From Felis catus (taxonomy: Eukaryota): 64,000 nucleotides of DNA. A program made the position numbers and the translations under genes. Of the stretch, positions 1-13,500 are shown piece by piece; positions within the stretch are counted from its first letter, which is position 1, and every line of letters starts with the position of its first letter. The DNA is taken from positions 15,128,001 to 15,192,000 of the forward strand of contig NC_058382.1 in NCBI RefSeq assembly GCF_018350175.1, in the 5' to 3' direction. The notes under the pieces were generated by a model. The model saw nothing but the letters and a program-made list of their open reading frames with translations, did no database searches and was not told the origin of the DNA.

Positions 1-127
1 TTCACGAGTGAGGAGGTGGAAGCCTCGCTCCAGAGCCAGGAGTTCTTGCTTCGAACTCGCTCCGAACGGGTGGCGCAGGGTCCCTGGAGGTCGGGCGATG
101 GCGCTGATCACGGGTGCCGTCCTCCAG

Positions 128-2363
128 GTGAAATTCATGAAAAGCAAGCCGGGGGCCGCCATGGTGGAAATGGCTGACGGCTATGCTGTGGACCGAGCCA
201 TCACTCACCTCAATAACAACTTCATGTTCGGGCAGAAGCTGAACGTCTGGTAGGTACTTCGTCTCTTCAGGCGTGGGAATGTCGGCGAGGAACTGTGAAA
301 GAAGGGACGTGGGAAGTGGCTGCTCTGGAAAGGGCCTGGCAGAGGAGCACGGCGAGGCTGGCTGCTTGTCCGGGCAGGAGTGGGGTGTGGTGGGAACACT
401 CCCCAGGGTTCAGCTGAAGCAGTGGGAAAAAGTGTGTGGGCCTCGCCTCTGCTGTGGGGCGATGCCCCCTGGGGCGCACGGCGTCTGCAGATTGGAACGA
501 GGCCCCGGTGGAGGGCCTGGGGTCTGACAAAGAGCTCCCCTTCCCCGGTACAGTGTCTCCAAGCAACCAGCCATCATGCCCGGGCAGTCATACGGGCTGG
601 AAGACGGGTCCTGCAGTTACAAAGACTTCAGCGAGTCCAGGAACAATCGGTTCTCTACTCCAGAGCAGGCAGCCAAGAACCGCATCCAGCACCCGAGCAA
701 CGTGCTACACTTCTTCAATGCCCCTCTGGAGGTGACCGAGGAGAATTTCTTCGAGGTGGGTGCTGTGGAGTTGGTCCTTCACCACAGCCATCTGAATAGG
801 CTGTTTGTTCTAGCCTTCCAGCAAATCTCTGTGGAGCCCCTGCTCTCTGCCAGGCCCTGGGTTGGGTCCCAGGGTTGCGGCAGGGACCAGGATAGACGGG
901 CTGAGACTGACACCAGACATAGTTTGCCTTTCTCACAAGCTAGGATGGGCGGCTTCTTTGCTGGAAAGGATTTCTCCTCCCCTGGTGATACAGAGCGGTG
1001 GTCAGAGTCCAGTCTCAAACATCCACGTTGTCAGGCCCTTCGGGGACTAGATAGATAACATCAGAGGGGAGGTGCCTGTGAAGGCCTAGTTTGAGGAAAC
1101 CGGGGCAGTGAGGGGCGGAGGGCTGAGTGGCACAGATGGACTTCAGACCTTGTCGTGGCCTCAGACGTAGCTGTTCAGTTCAGCAACACAAGTGGCTGGA
1201 GACGGAAATTTTAAAAAGCAGGTTCACCGTTGTTGGCAACGTAACAGTAATAGTTACTACTGTGATGATGATAGTTAACTTTAGTAAAAACATAGTAAGA
1301 GGAGTGTGTCTAAACATGTTTTGGGTCGTGGGGCCACCTTAGAGTATGTTGTGTGATCAAAGCTTAGAAATGCTCCAGGAAAATTGTAAGTGCTCCCCGT
1401 CCCGGGCTGCTTGAATCCTGCGACGCGGTACTCCTGTTTCTGAACGTGTTTTCGATCTCTTGCAGATCTGCGACGAGCTGGGAGTGAAACGGCCATCTTC
1501 TGTGAAAGTATTCTCAGGCAAAAGTGAGTAAACGGCCCTTGCCTTTGTTCCCCACTCCTTGGTTGCGCATGGGCGGCCCCCTGCCTCCTGCCTCCTGCTC
1601 AGGTCGGCCTGAAACCTCTGCATTGTGACCAGGTGAGCGCAGCTCCTCGGGGCTGCTGGAGTGGGAATCCAAGAGCGACGCCCTGGAGACTTTGGGCTTC
1701 CTGAATCATTACCAGATGAAAAACCCAAGTGAGTATCTGCGTGTCCTGCAGCCGTTCCCTTCGTGGCCCGATGGTAGGCTGGCTTCGGGCCAGAGCCGAC
1801 CTTCGTGCCACCAAGGTAGGGCCCCCAGAGATCTCTTCACCATTCGTGACACGGGCAGGGGGACCTGGTCGCCAGGAGATTAGACCGATGGTCCCCATGG
1901 GAGGACCAGGCCGGCTGTTGGCTGCCACCCACTCTGCCAGCCTGAGACTTACTCAGACTTGTGCTCTTGGGACTGGCGTTCTGTGCGTCAGAAGCTGCCA
2001 GTAAACACCCAGTAGTGTCTGTCACGGAGGCTGGCTCAGTACCCAGGAAAGGGGCTATTCTGGCCAGCAGGTAAAAGGAGTCCGCTAAGGGGCTGGGACT
2101 AGGATTCTCCATGGAATCGAAGGAAGGAGAGGAAAGCGCCTTCAGTATTGGGCATGTTTTTTAAGTCTGACATTGGGCAGTGACCAGGTAGATTCCCTGC
2201 GGTCAGTCTGCAGAAATGGAGAGATGGGCAGAAAGGGGGGGTTCTGGGTGGTTAGAGCCTCTGGAGAGGGGCCCAGACGAATCTTTCTTTTTTCTGTCTC
2301 GCAGATGGTCCATACCCTTACACCCTGAAGTTGTGTTTCTCCACCGCTCAGCACGCCTCCTAA
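128..2363 (+). CDS. HNRNPL: Heterogeneous nuclear ribonucleoprotein L, last 5 coding exons (RRM3 end and RRM4); 5' part lies outside the window
   Basis: Exons 128-249, 554-755, 1466-1523, 1633-1728, 2305-2363 (TAA), all GT-AG and phase-consistent. Translation VKFMKSKPGAAMVEMADGYAVDRAITHLNNNFMFGQKLNVC/VSKQPAIMPGQSYGLEDGS...TEENFFE/ICDELGVKRPSSVKVFSGK/SERSSSGLLEWESKSDALETLGFLNHYQMKNP/NGPYPYTLKLCFSTAQHAS* matches the hnRNP L C-terminus. Confidence 0.98.
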
Positions 2364-2451
2364 TAGGTGCCTAGGAAGAGCCCCATCTGAGCAGGAAAAC
2401 ATTTCTCTTTCCTTTATGCTGTTTGTTTTGGGTTTTTTTGTTGTTTTTTTG

Positions 2452-2486
<35 letters not shown>

Positions 2487-2561
2487 AAAAGTTCCTGTAT
2501 TCCTTTTTTTAAATGCTAGGTTAGTAGGCTTAACCATAATGGAAACGCTGGAAGTCTGGAG

Positions 2562-2722
2562 NNNNNNNNNNNNNNNNNNNNNNNNNNNNNNNNNNNNNNN
2601 NNNNNNNNNNNNNNNNNNNNNNNNNNNNNNNNNNNNNNNNNNNNNNNNNNNNNNNNNNNNNNNNNNNNNNNNNNNNNNNNNNNNNNNNNNNNNNNNNNNN
2701 NNNNNNNNNNNNNNNNNNNNNN
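2562..2722. other. Assembly gap (N run) in the HNRNPL 3'UTR; other gaps at 9032-9166, 49425-49556, 55720-55850
   Basis: N characters. Confidence 1.
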
Positions 2723-2929
2723 CTGGCATTCGAGGGTGTGTCCGCATTCCTCCCACCTGGTCCTCTGTTGCCCCAGAGAGAAGCTTGGGGGTCCAGGCCC
2801 ACAGCCCCAGGAGGCTGCTGGGAGGAGGCGGGTCTGTTGAGGAAACACTGGGAGGGCCGGAGGTGGTCTTAATGGGCCCTGCCCAGCCCGATCTAGTTGG
2901 GAGAGTCACTTTAAAAGTAAATGTTGCTG

Positions 2930-3146
2930 GGGGCGCCTGGGTGGGCAGTCGGTTAAGCGTCGGACTTCAGCCAGGTCATGATCTCGCGGTCCATGAGTTC
3001 GAGCCCCGCGTCAGGCTCTGGGCTGTTGGCTCAGAGCCTGGAGCCTGTTTCCAATTCTGTGTCTCCCTCTCTCTCTGCCCCTCCCCCGTTCATGCTCTGT
3101 CTCTCTCTGTCCCAAAAATAAAAAAATAAACATTGAAAAAAAAAAA
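2930..3146 (+). mobile_element. CanSINE (SINEC_Fc-type), full length with TSD; representative of dozens of copies in the window
   Basis: GGGGCGCCTGGGTGG head, tRNA-derived A/B boxes, (CT)n tract, A-tail; flanking AAAAGTAAAT(G/A)TTGCTG duplication. Confidence 0.93.
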
Positions 3147-3829
3147 GTAAATATTGCTGAAATTTAAAACGTTGAGAGAGCAAACTACAAGCCTTAATCC
3201 TGCCGAGTCACCACGTGTTTTTATAAGGTTGGAAATTAAGACCTCAGATGAAGGTGAAAGTCTCCCCAATCCCTTTAACAATTTTTGGTGGTTTATTTTT
3301 CCCCTTAAAAGTTCTATCTGGATGGGGGTTTTTGTTTGTTTTCAGAGCAGGAGTTGGGGAGGGGCAGAGATGGGGCAGAGGATCAGAAGCGGTCTCTGGT
3401 AACAGCACAGAGCCCAGTTCCGGGCTCCCAGCTCGAGCCCAAGTCAGACCCTTCATGGACTGAGCTGCCCAGGCGCCCTGAGGGTTTCTTTTAACAAAAT
3501 GCCCCATGCTGAACAGTGTTGTGTGTCATACCTCACAGCTTCCTCCTTTACCCCTTGCGCAGTATCTCCTGGGGACGGGCCCTAATTTACCTGATTCTGA
3601 AGGTAAAATCTAATCTTTAGCTTCCGTAAGCATTGCAATGTGATGGGTGCTCTCCCAATCCTTGTAGAGGAACCTGTGTGTGTGGTGGGGGGTGGGGCCT
3701 GGCAGGCGGTAGGGTGGGAGGAGCCTACTTGAAGGACCTTGACTCACGCTGGAGGGAAGTCTTCCTAGAAGAAGAAGTGAAAAGCAGTTAATTGTGCCTT
3801 GTCTGGCACGTGCGCTTGGAAAAGAACCC

Positions 3830-5067
3830 ACGGGCGGTGGGCTGGCTCAGTTGGAAGAGCACGCGACCCAGTCTTAGGTTTGTAAATTTGAGACCCACAT
3901 TTGGTGTAGAGATTATTTAAAAATAAAATCTTAGCGGGGTGCCTGGGTGGCTCAGTTAAGCGTCTGGCTTCAGCTCAGGTCATGATCTAGCGGTGCGTGA
4001 GTTGGAGCCCCGCATCAGGCTCTGTGCTGACAGCTTTTAGAGCCTGGAGGCTGCTTCGGATTCTGCGTCTCCCTCTCTGTCCCTCCCCCGTTCACATTCT
4101 GTCTCTCTGTCTCTCATAAATGAATAAACATTAAACAAAATAATAAAGTCTTAGCTGGGGCACTTGGGTGGTTCATTTGGTTAAGTGTCCAACTCTTGAT
4201 TTCAGTTCAGGTCATGATCTCCCAGTTTGTGGGATCGAGTCCCATTTTGGGCTCTGCCCTGACAGCACCAGGCCTGCTTGGGATTCTCTCTTCCTCTTTA
4301 CCCCTGCCTTGCACGTGCGCGCGCACACGCACGTGCTCTCTCTTTCTCAGAGTGAAAAATATCTTAGGAAAAACCAGTTAGGGAGTTTTCTGTGATTTTG
4401 TTTTTTAAGTTTCTTTTGAGACCACAAGAGCTGGGGTGGGGGGAGGGACAAGGGATGAGGGAGAGAGAATCCCAAGCAGGCTCCATGCTATCAGCATCGG
4501 GCTCGATCCCTTGGATCCTGTGCCAAGATCCAAAGTCTGAGGGGCACCAGGGTGGCTCAGTAGGTTGAGCAGCTGGCTTCGGCTCAGGTCATGGTTTGTG
4601 AATTCAAGCCCCACGTTGGGCTCCAAGTTGGATGCTTTACTGACTTGAACCACCCAGGCGCCCCAGGGATTTACTGTGAAGTTTTTGTTTTGTTTTTGAG
4701 AGAGAAAGAGGGCACAAGTGAGTGAGGGGCAGAGAAAGAGAAAAAGAAGCAGAGCTCACTCAAAGCAGAGCTTGTGTTTACTTGAAGCAGGGCTCATGCT
4801 CACCTGATGCAGGGCTTGAAGACTTGAACTCACGAACCATGAGATCATGATCTGAGCTGAAGTCAGATACTTAACTGACTGAGCTGCCGAGGCACCTGCC
4901 CCCCCACCCCACCCCGTGAGGTTTTAAAACAGATTAACATCTGAAGTCACATGGCATTTATGGGATAAATTGCTTCACCAGGGTGTTGCAGACAGCATCT
5001 GGAAAGGAGAAACTACAGTCTCCTTGCAGCCATAAACTTTTTTTATTTCTTTTTAATGTTTATTTTT

Positions 5068-5098
<31 letters not shown>

Positions 5099-5265
5099 TA
5101 TGAGCGGGGAAGGGGCAGAGAGAAAGGGAGACACAATCCGAAGCAGGGTCCAGGCTCCCAAGCTGCCAGCACAGAGCACAACGCTGGGCTCAAACTCACA
5201 AACCAGGAGATCATGACCTGAACCAAATTCGGCTGCTCAACCAGTTGAGCTACCTAGACGCCCCG
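3830..5265. mobile_element. Cluster of about 7 CanSINE copies and fragments between HNRNPL and ECH1
   Basis: Repeated GGGTGGCTCAG / TCATGATCT / GAGCCCC motifs in both orientations with A/T tails. Confidence 0.85.
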
Positions 5266-5693
5266 GTTTTATTTTTAAAGAAATTATTTTAAGAACATGA
5301 ACTTCAAAGCCACATTAATCCCCTCTTTACTCCTAAAGCCCAGATAACCTTGAACTAGCGACTTTCCTGACTTTCCTTCCCCAAGCTCCGGTTTCCTTTG
5401 CATACAGTGAAAAATGGTGCGACCTGTTGTTGGTGTGAGAGCTCAAACAGATTACACAGACAGCCCATTGTTGGCTCGTCTGTTGTCTATCTTTTCATTC
5501 CCTTATGTGGGTTATACTCAGTACTAGATAATTTTTTTCTTTTCAGTTAACATGGTACAAGGGCATGATTACAAAGTTGCAGCGCTGCAGTTATTCTGCC
5601 ATTACGTCCTTGAACATTTCAGCTGCTTCCAATTTTTCCATCATTATAAGACAGTCCCCTGATGAATTATCCGGCAGCAACAGGCCACGTTCC

Positions 5694-5890
5694 TACTGGG
5701 GCAAAGGTCTCATTTCTAAGTTGTAATCGGCGAGCTCAGAAAACTATTTCCGGTTGCCCTTAGTAAAGATGGCGGAAATACTGGCGTCACCGCCAGTCAG
5801 GCTGCGGCATCAATGCCCTCGCCAAACATGGTGGCCTTGCGCCCGCCCCCTTGACTTCCTTCTGTCTGGTCACTCCCGACTACAACTCAG
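5694..5890 (+). promoter_or_regulatory. ECH1 proximal promoter: DR1/PPRE-like element, YY1 motif, ACTACA (ZNF143/THAP11-type) motif
   Basis: TACT-GGGGCA-A-AGGTCT at 5694-5710; AAGATGGCGG at 5766-5775; ACTACAACTC at 5879-5888; CpG-rich stretch immediately upstream of the ATG at 5908. Confidence 0.6.
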
Positions 5891-5907
5891 TGGCGGAGGT
5901 GGCAGAG

Positions 5908-8900
5908 ATGGCGGTTTCTCTCAGGTTCCGAGATCTGCTGATACGGCGTGAGTCACCTCGGCCTCTGGGAGTCCCTAGCTCTGTCGTGCTGTCGTAGCCA
6001 CCGTAGGGTGGGGAAGCCTGTCCCGGGTCACGGTCTGAGCGCTTTCAACACAGGGGTGCACGTGCTTCCAGCCAAAGAGCTCCCTAAGTCTGCAGGCCTG
6101 TGTCTTACAATAGGGTGACTGACAGCTTGGTATTCCCAGTCTGGGGTCCCTCTTTCCCATGCTAAAGGGTCCGAAGTAGTGCAGGCACTGGGGCCACTGA
6201 CAAGTGCACTCCTAATCTTCAAGTTGTTTTTGTTTTTTAAGTTTATTTATTTTGAGAGAAACAGAGAGCGAGTGGGGGTGAGGTGGCACAGCGCGGGGGG
6301 GGGGGGGGGATGGGGGGGAGGGCAAGGAGAGAAAGAATCCTAAGCAGGCTCTGCGCTGTGAGCGCAGAGCCCAGTTTGGGGCTCGAACTCACGAATAGTG
6401 AGATCATGACCTGAGCCAAAACCAAGAGCCCAAGGCTTAGCCGACTGAGCCACCCAGGCGCCCCTGCCTTGAGGTTTCTTAGGGGCCTGTGTTCCCCAAT
6501 CTGACATCACTGAGAAGTAATGTGTGCCGTCTGCCCTTGATGGCTCTGTGACCCCAATCTGGGGTCATCAAAGTCTCTTCTTTCCTTTGTCTCCCCAGGC
6601 CTGATGGCTCCCACTCCTCAGGGTCTCAGCCTTAGCCTTCGCCCCATGAGCTCCAACGCACAAGAAGAGGCCCCCAAAGAAGCGCCAGACCACAGCTATG
6701 AGTCCCTTCGAGTGACCGCTGCTCAGAAACACATTCTCCACGTGCAGCTCAACCGGCCTGAGAAGAGAAATGCCATCAACAGGGCCTGCTGGAGGTAGGG
6801 CCTGCAGATCACCGAGGGAGGCCTGCCTGCAGGAGGAGGCAGGGGCTGAGGGAGTGGGCAGGGGTGGGGCGTGGGGGTCGGGTGACCTGAGGGCAGGGGA
6901 TACGCAGCCCTTCCCTCCTTGCCCCTCCACAGAGAGATGGTGGAGTGCTTCAGCAAGATAGCGCAAGACCCTGACTGCCGGGCTGTGGTGATCTCTGGTG
7001 CAGGAAAACTGTTCACTTCAGGTACCGGGTGCTCTCCACCCCCACCCCTGCCACTGCTCCTGGCAATGGAACAATGTTTTGTTTTGTTTTGTTTTTTTTA
7101 ATGTTTATTTATTTTTGAGAGAGACACGCACAGAACGCAACTGGGGGAAGGGCAGAGAGAGAGGGAGACACAATCCAAAACAGGCTCCCAGCTGTCGGCA
7201 CAGAGCTCAACACAGGGTTTGAACCCATGACCCGTGAGATCGTGACCTGAGCCGAAGTCGGATGCTTAACTGACTTAGCCACTCGGGTGCCCCAAACAAT
7301 GCTTCTTAATTAAGGTTTTAACCAGCTTCTAACTTCCACTTTTATCTTTTTTTCTCTCTTTAATTTAAAGCATTCAAATCTCAAAGTTAGTCCAACAGAA
7401 TATGGACAGGATGATGGGCTTTGAAGTCTGATCTTGACCAAGGCCCTTAACCTCTCGGTTGTTGTTTTTTTTTCATGTCACTGAAGTGTATTATAATAAG
7501 ATGCTTTCATATAATTATTTCACACACACGAACTGATTTCCAATTACATGTCTGTTCGAAGTTTTATTGTGCCACAGGACTGTTCTTCAGACGGGATCAT
7601 TTCCACTGACCACATTCACTGACTGCTTTGTCATCTCTGTTCTGCTTGTGAAGCCCATCCGGTGATCTTTTTTTTTTTTTTAATTTCAGATACTGTAGTT
7701 TTCGGTTCTCAAATTTCCATTTGGTTCTTTTTTATATTTCGCCATTTCTCTGCTGAAGTTGCGTATCTCGTTATTTGTCGCAAGCATGTTTTTCTTTGCA
7801 CTGTTGATCATAGTTATAACCACTGTTTTAAAACTCTTTAAAGCTTACCCATTTATTTTGAGAAAGCAGGAGCAAAAGAGAACGAACAGGGGAGGGGCAG
7901 AGAGAGAGGAGAGAGAGGGGGAGAGAGAGAATCCCAAGTAGGCCCCGCGTTGTCAGCACAGAGCCCGATGCGGGTTCTCGATCTCATAGACCGTGAGATC
8001 ATGAGCTGAGCCAAAATCAAGAGTTGGCACTTGGCTGAGCCACCCAGGTGCCTGTTTCCCGATTCCAACATCTGGGTGACTTTGGGGTCAGTCCCTGTTC
8101 ATCGTCTTTTCTCTTGAACAACTGGGTCTCATCCTACTTTTTGTTTGCATTTGGAATAAGTTTGGATTGTACCCTGGATATTGGACTATGGAAGGACGTG
8201 GGAAGTTGGATGCTATCCTGGACCCGGCAGAGAGGGTGGAGGTTCCTGTGTTAGCGGCCGAGTCGGAATCAGTTTTTAAATCTCTTGCTGGGCTGCATGC
8301 ATGCATGGTTCATGGGTCAGGAAGAGATTGGGGCAGAGTTTATCCACAGAATTTGGGGCTCCCCTCTCTGGCTCTCTCTTCTTTTCTGGAATTTCCCCCC
8401 ACAGTTTCCAGCAGCTACGGTCACCCTGGACTCTGTTTTCTGGTTCTTCAAGCACCACTTGCAACCTCGCCTCAGTCTAGAAACTTTAACAACCCCCACC
8501 TCGCTTGGTGCCAGTCCCTTCTTTTAAGTGCTAACTTCCTAGGGCGCCTGGGTGGCTCCGTCGGCTGAGCGTCCTGACTCTTGGTCTTGAACTCAGGGTC
8601 ATGAGTTCAAGCCCTGCGTTGGGCTCTGCGCTGGGTGTGAAGCCTGCTTTAAAAAAAAAAAAAAAAAAAAGAGGGGTGCCTGGGTGGCTCAGTCAGTTGG
8701 GCGTCTGACTTCAGCTCAGGTCATGATCTCGCGGTCCATGAGTTCGAGCCCCGCATCGGGCTCTGGGCTGACAGCTCAGAGCCTGGAGCCTGTTTCAGAT
8801 TCTGTGTCTCCCTCTCTCTATGACCCTCATCCTGTGCATCCTCTGTCTCTCTCTGTCTCAAAAATAAATAAATGCTGGGGCGCCTGGGTGGCTCGGTCAG

Positions 8901-10515
8901 TTAAGCATCCGACTTCAGCTCAGGTCGATCTTGCGGTCTGTGAGTTCGAGCCCCGCATCGGGCTCTGGGCTGATGGCTCAGAGCCTGGAACCTGCTTCCG
9001 ATTCCGTGTCTCCCTCTCTCTCTGCCCCTCCNNNNNNNNNNNNNNNNNNNNNNNNNNNNNNNNNNNNNNNNNNNNNNNNNNNNNNNNNNNNNNNNNNNNN
9101 NNNNNNNNNNNNNNNNNNNNNNNNNNNNNNNNNNNNNNNNNNNNNNNNNNNNNNNNNNNNNNNNNNTCCTCCAGAATCTGCCCCATGCTGTCAGGCAGTG
9201 GTTTATATCTTGTCCACCCACACCACGCGTGCAGTTGTCATAGGTGGGCAGGTCCGTACCATATTACGCATATGTAATATATGTATATACACATATGTAA
9301 TATATGTATATACGCATATGTAATATATGTATATACGCATATACAGGTCCGTACATATATTATATGTATTATGTATATAATTATGTATATTTTTAAGAGC
9401 TCGAGGGAGCGAGGGGCAGAGAGAAAGGGAGAGAGAGAGAGCGCGCGGAGCTGACGAAGGGGCCCGATTTCACGAAACTCAAGATCGTGACCTGAGCCAA
9501 AGTCGGACGCTTCACCGACGGAGCCACCCAGGCACTCCGAGTAGTTCGTACCTTAGAGGGGGACACCTGATCCCATGGTCTGGGGTCCTTTACTGCGAGG
9601 GGTTGGAAAAGCCAGGGCGTGCGCGTCCCGGTGGTGCAGGGAAGCCAGAAAAGCCACTGAAAGGAGGTGTCCCAAGTGCCAAGCTGGGCTTGCTCTGGGA
9701 GTCAGCATGGGTTCTGCGGAGTCGCCCAGGCTTCACAGACGTGGGCGCAGAAGCCAGCAGGTGCCGAGATGGTAACTGTGATGCCATTAGTGGGGTGTGA
9801 AGGGCCTCTGGGGCTGTCTCTCGCCTTTAATTGTTGCCATCTCTCCATCAGCTCTCAGGAGGGTGTTACCCCCATTTTGTGCAGGAGAAACCCAAGGCCC
9901 AGAGGAGGAAGTGGCCTGGCCAAGGCTGGGGGCGGGGGCGTGATCCTGTCTTCCGTGTATTTAACATGCACCAAGTTAGCCCTACCCCTCAGCCCCAAAT
10001 TCTCAGGTCTCACTTATTTCAACCAGCTGTGGAGGCAGTGAAGCCCCAGAGGATTGGGGGTGTAGCCAGATGTGGGAATGGTTCTCCTGGTTTGTCAGAT
10101 AGCATCGTTCAGAGGCAAAGGAACGAGAAGGATGAACCCCAGGAGGAAAAAAGTGAAGGATGATTCTGCTCAGAATCATCTCCTGGCAAGGCCTCCCTCA
10201 GAGAAAAAGCCAGAGTTTGCCCCCTGGCCGGTGAGGCCCCATACCCTCTGCCCCATAAAGCTCTCCAACCTTGGCTCTTCCCACCTTCCCCTTCACTCAC
10301 TACACTGCAGCGATGCTGACCGCCCCGTGCTCCTCACGCAGCCCAGGGGCATTCCTACCACAGGACCTTTGCGCTGGCCCTTCCTGACATTTGGAACTCT
10401 CTGATCCCAGCTAGCCCCATAGCTCCCTCCCTTTCCTTCCTCAGATCTTCACTCAAAAGTCACTTTGTCAATGAGAGGGTCCATGACCACCCCATTTAAT
10501 ACGGCAACAGCCCTC

Positions 10516-10562
<47 letters not shown>

Positions 10563-13500
10563 TCCATTCCACTTCCCTGCTGTGATTTTCTTTTAGCACT
10601 GTCACCACCCGACAAAATGTATTTTCTTATTCGTTTGTCTTCCCCCCACTGAGGGGCAGCTCAGTGAGGGCAGGGGGACTGTTGTCTGTACTGTTGGCTT
10701 ACTGAACACCTCCTGTGCCCTGGGCTCAGTTTAGGCACTGGGGATGCGGGAGTGGGCAAAAAGACAAAACTCCTCCGCTCATAGAGCTCACATCCTGGAA
10801 AAGGAGATGGGCCCTCGAAATAAGCACGTAATTCTGTGGTAACAAGAGGGCAGTGTAGGAGATGAGACAGAGAAAATGAGATAGAGGATGACGGGGCTGC
10901 TGTTTAGCCCGCGTGGCTGAGGTGGGCTTCTCTGAGGAGATGACTTTCGGGCTGTGGCCTGGACAGAATGATGGGGTCAGTCGTCTTCTTCTTCTTCTTC
11001 TTTTTTTTTTTTAAGTGTATCTGTTTATTTAGAGAGATAGAGAGCAGAGGAGGGACAGAGAGAGAGAGGGAGAGAGAGAATCCCAAGCAGGCTCTGCACA
11101 GTCAGTGTGGAGCCTGACACGGGGCTCGAACTCAACGAGCCACACGAGATCGTGCCCTGAGCTGAAACCAAGAGTCACATGCTTCACCGACGGAGCCACC
11201 CAGGCGGCCCTGGAACGGTTGGAGGCCTCTGTGCCCAAAGGAATGGGCTAGGGACAGTGTTCAGGAGGGCTGGTAAGGTCCCGGCACATACCTTGTATTT
11301 TCTTCTAAGTAAGTGGGGTGGGAGGGAAGAAAAGGCCCCCCTGACATGCTCACAAGTTCTCTTGGCTGTGTGTGGGAAATGGTCGGGGCAGGGAACAGGG
11401 AGCCCAGGAGGAAGTATTTTAGCCAGAGTAGAGGTCATGGAGAAGGATTAGTGGAGCAAAGGTTAGACTTGGGATCGTCTTGCAGTTGGAGCCACGAAAA
11501 CTTGCTCTCTCTCGAGTCTTCTCTCTGAGGGACCATTCCCACCACTGACTCCTGCCAAAAGCCTGTCTCCTGTGCCATCTGGCATAATGGTGACAAGCAT
11601 GACCTCTGGAGCCAGTGCCTGGTCCCGGGCTTACAATTCCAGTGCCATTACTCACAAGCCAGTGTGACCTTGGGCAAGTACTTTAATGTCCGGTGCCTCA
11701 GTCTACTCCCAGTAAAACTGGCGATGGTAATAGCCACCTCATAGGGTCGTTGTGAGGATAAAGTGAGTAACGGCCCTATCAATGTCAGCATTTATGTATT
11801 TCACGCCCCATATGCGATCCCTGGCAAAGCCCTGTGTGAGCGGCTTTCTCGAAACACTGGCGGTGGTTTGGGGGTTCAAATCTGCCAAGTCTGAGTCCTG
11901 ACCGCTAGTTGGGGCAGTGGATGGGGAGGGAGGGTGCCTGGGGCGGGGGGGGGGGGGGTGTTCTACGTGAGCCTCCTCGTGCCTCCCCACCAGGCATCGA
12001 CCTCATGGACATGGCTTCGGATATCCTCCAGCCCCAAGGAGATGATGTGGCCCGCATCAGCTGGCAGCTCCATAACCTCATCAGCAGATACCAAGAGAGC
12101 TTCAATGTCATCGAGAAGGTGCAGGGGCAGGCAGGGCACCACCCCCAGCCCCGTCCACCTCTTCCAGACCAGCCCTGACCACCACCCCCTTCCGTTCCCT
12201 TGCAGTGCCCTAAACCGGTGATCGCCGCCATCCACGGGGGCTGTATTGGTGCGGGTGAGTACGCAGACACCCGCCACGCATCCGGGCACCCACGCTGGCC
12301 GGGCGCCTATTGGCTGCCGCCCTTCCGCCTCGGCCACTGACCGCCAGCCTCAGACCAGTTGCTAGCTCAACTCGGTCCAGGGGTGCGACCCCACCACCTG
12401 GGAGGAGGGGTTGGTTCCTGTGGTTGCTTAATGCCCCTGGCCTCCACCTCGCAGGCGTGGACCTCGTCACTGCTTGTGACATCCGGTACTGTGCCCAGGA
12501 TGCTTTCTTCCAGGTGAAGGTGAGCCATCCTCCCCGAGCTTCTGTGTCCTCGGATCCTGCATAGAGCTGGGCAGTGAGTGGCTGGGTGGGGACAGAGCAG
12601 TGACAGGGGAGCAGGGGAGGCTAAGGGAGCGGGGGGGGGGGGGGGGAGGGGGAGAAGGGAGGGCTTGGAGTGAGCCCGGAGGGCTTCACGGAAGAGTCAA
12701 GCAGAACTGCACCTTAAAAAGTAACACTTTGGCCATGAGGGAAGTCAAGGGGAGGCCATGCAGTCTACGTGGGGTTAGGAGTGAGCAAAGGTACGGGGGT
12801 GGAGATGCGGCTGGGGTTGCTGCTGGGATCAGTCCTGGAGAGGACGCAGACAGGATGGAACCCGTAGAGGCAGGAAGGGGGTCAGATGGGCAGAGTTTGA
12901 GGGCTTCCCTCTGGAGATAGACGTGGCCGACCCTAAGAAGTTGGGAGGGCAGAGGAATTGGGAAGTGGGCTGTATTCTCGGCTGAAAAAAGTTACCTGGG
13001 TGAAAGCATGTGGATGGCAATGAAATGGGGTTGGGGGGGGGGGCAGTCTCTGAGGTGGGTGTGGAATGTGCCTCTACAGTAAATACGGAATTTCACTGGC
13101 ACTGAGGTTACACGGTGGGGGGCAGTATCGGGCACAAACCAAGCTCTGATACGATGGCCCGCCCCAGGAGGTGGACATAGGTTTGGCAGCTGATGTGGGA
13201 ACGCTGCAGCGGCTGCCCAAAGTCATCGGAAACCAGAGGTGAGCGGAGCAGCCGAGGGAGGGGACCCCGGGCATCTCCCGGGCCCAGGATGAGGGCCGTC
13301 CCCTGATAGGCTTTCCCCGCTTTCTTGCAGCCTGGTCAACGAGCTGGCCTTCACTTCCCGCAAGATGATGGCTGATGAGGCCCTGGGCAGTGGTCTGGTC
13401 AGGTAGGGGCCGAGGCCTGGGCTGGTTGAAGGCTCGGGCGCAACCTGGGCAGGGCTCTTTGGGTCCCCGCGTATCTTCACAGACTCCACTCTCTGGGTGG

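Noticed and set aside
2364-2722. Apparent lack of an HNRNPL polyA signal
   Set aside because: The 3'UTR runs into an N gap (2562-2722) that probably hides it.
5754-5951. Upstream ORF MAEILASPP... as an extended ECH1 N-terminus
   Set aside because: It is out of frame with ECH1; its ATG is part of the YY1 motif AAGATGGCGG and probably lies upstream of the transcription start.
10520-10561. (CA)n in ECH1 intron 3 as an hnRNP L target beside the HNRNPL gene
   Set aside because: A common microsatellite inside an L2 relic, far from splice sites; proximity to HNRNPL has no mechanistic meaning.
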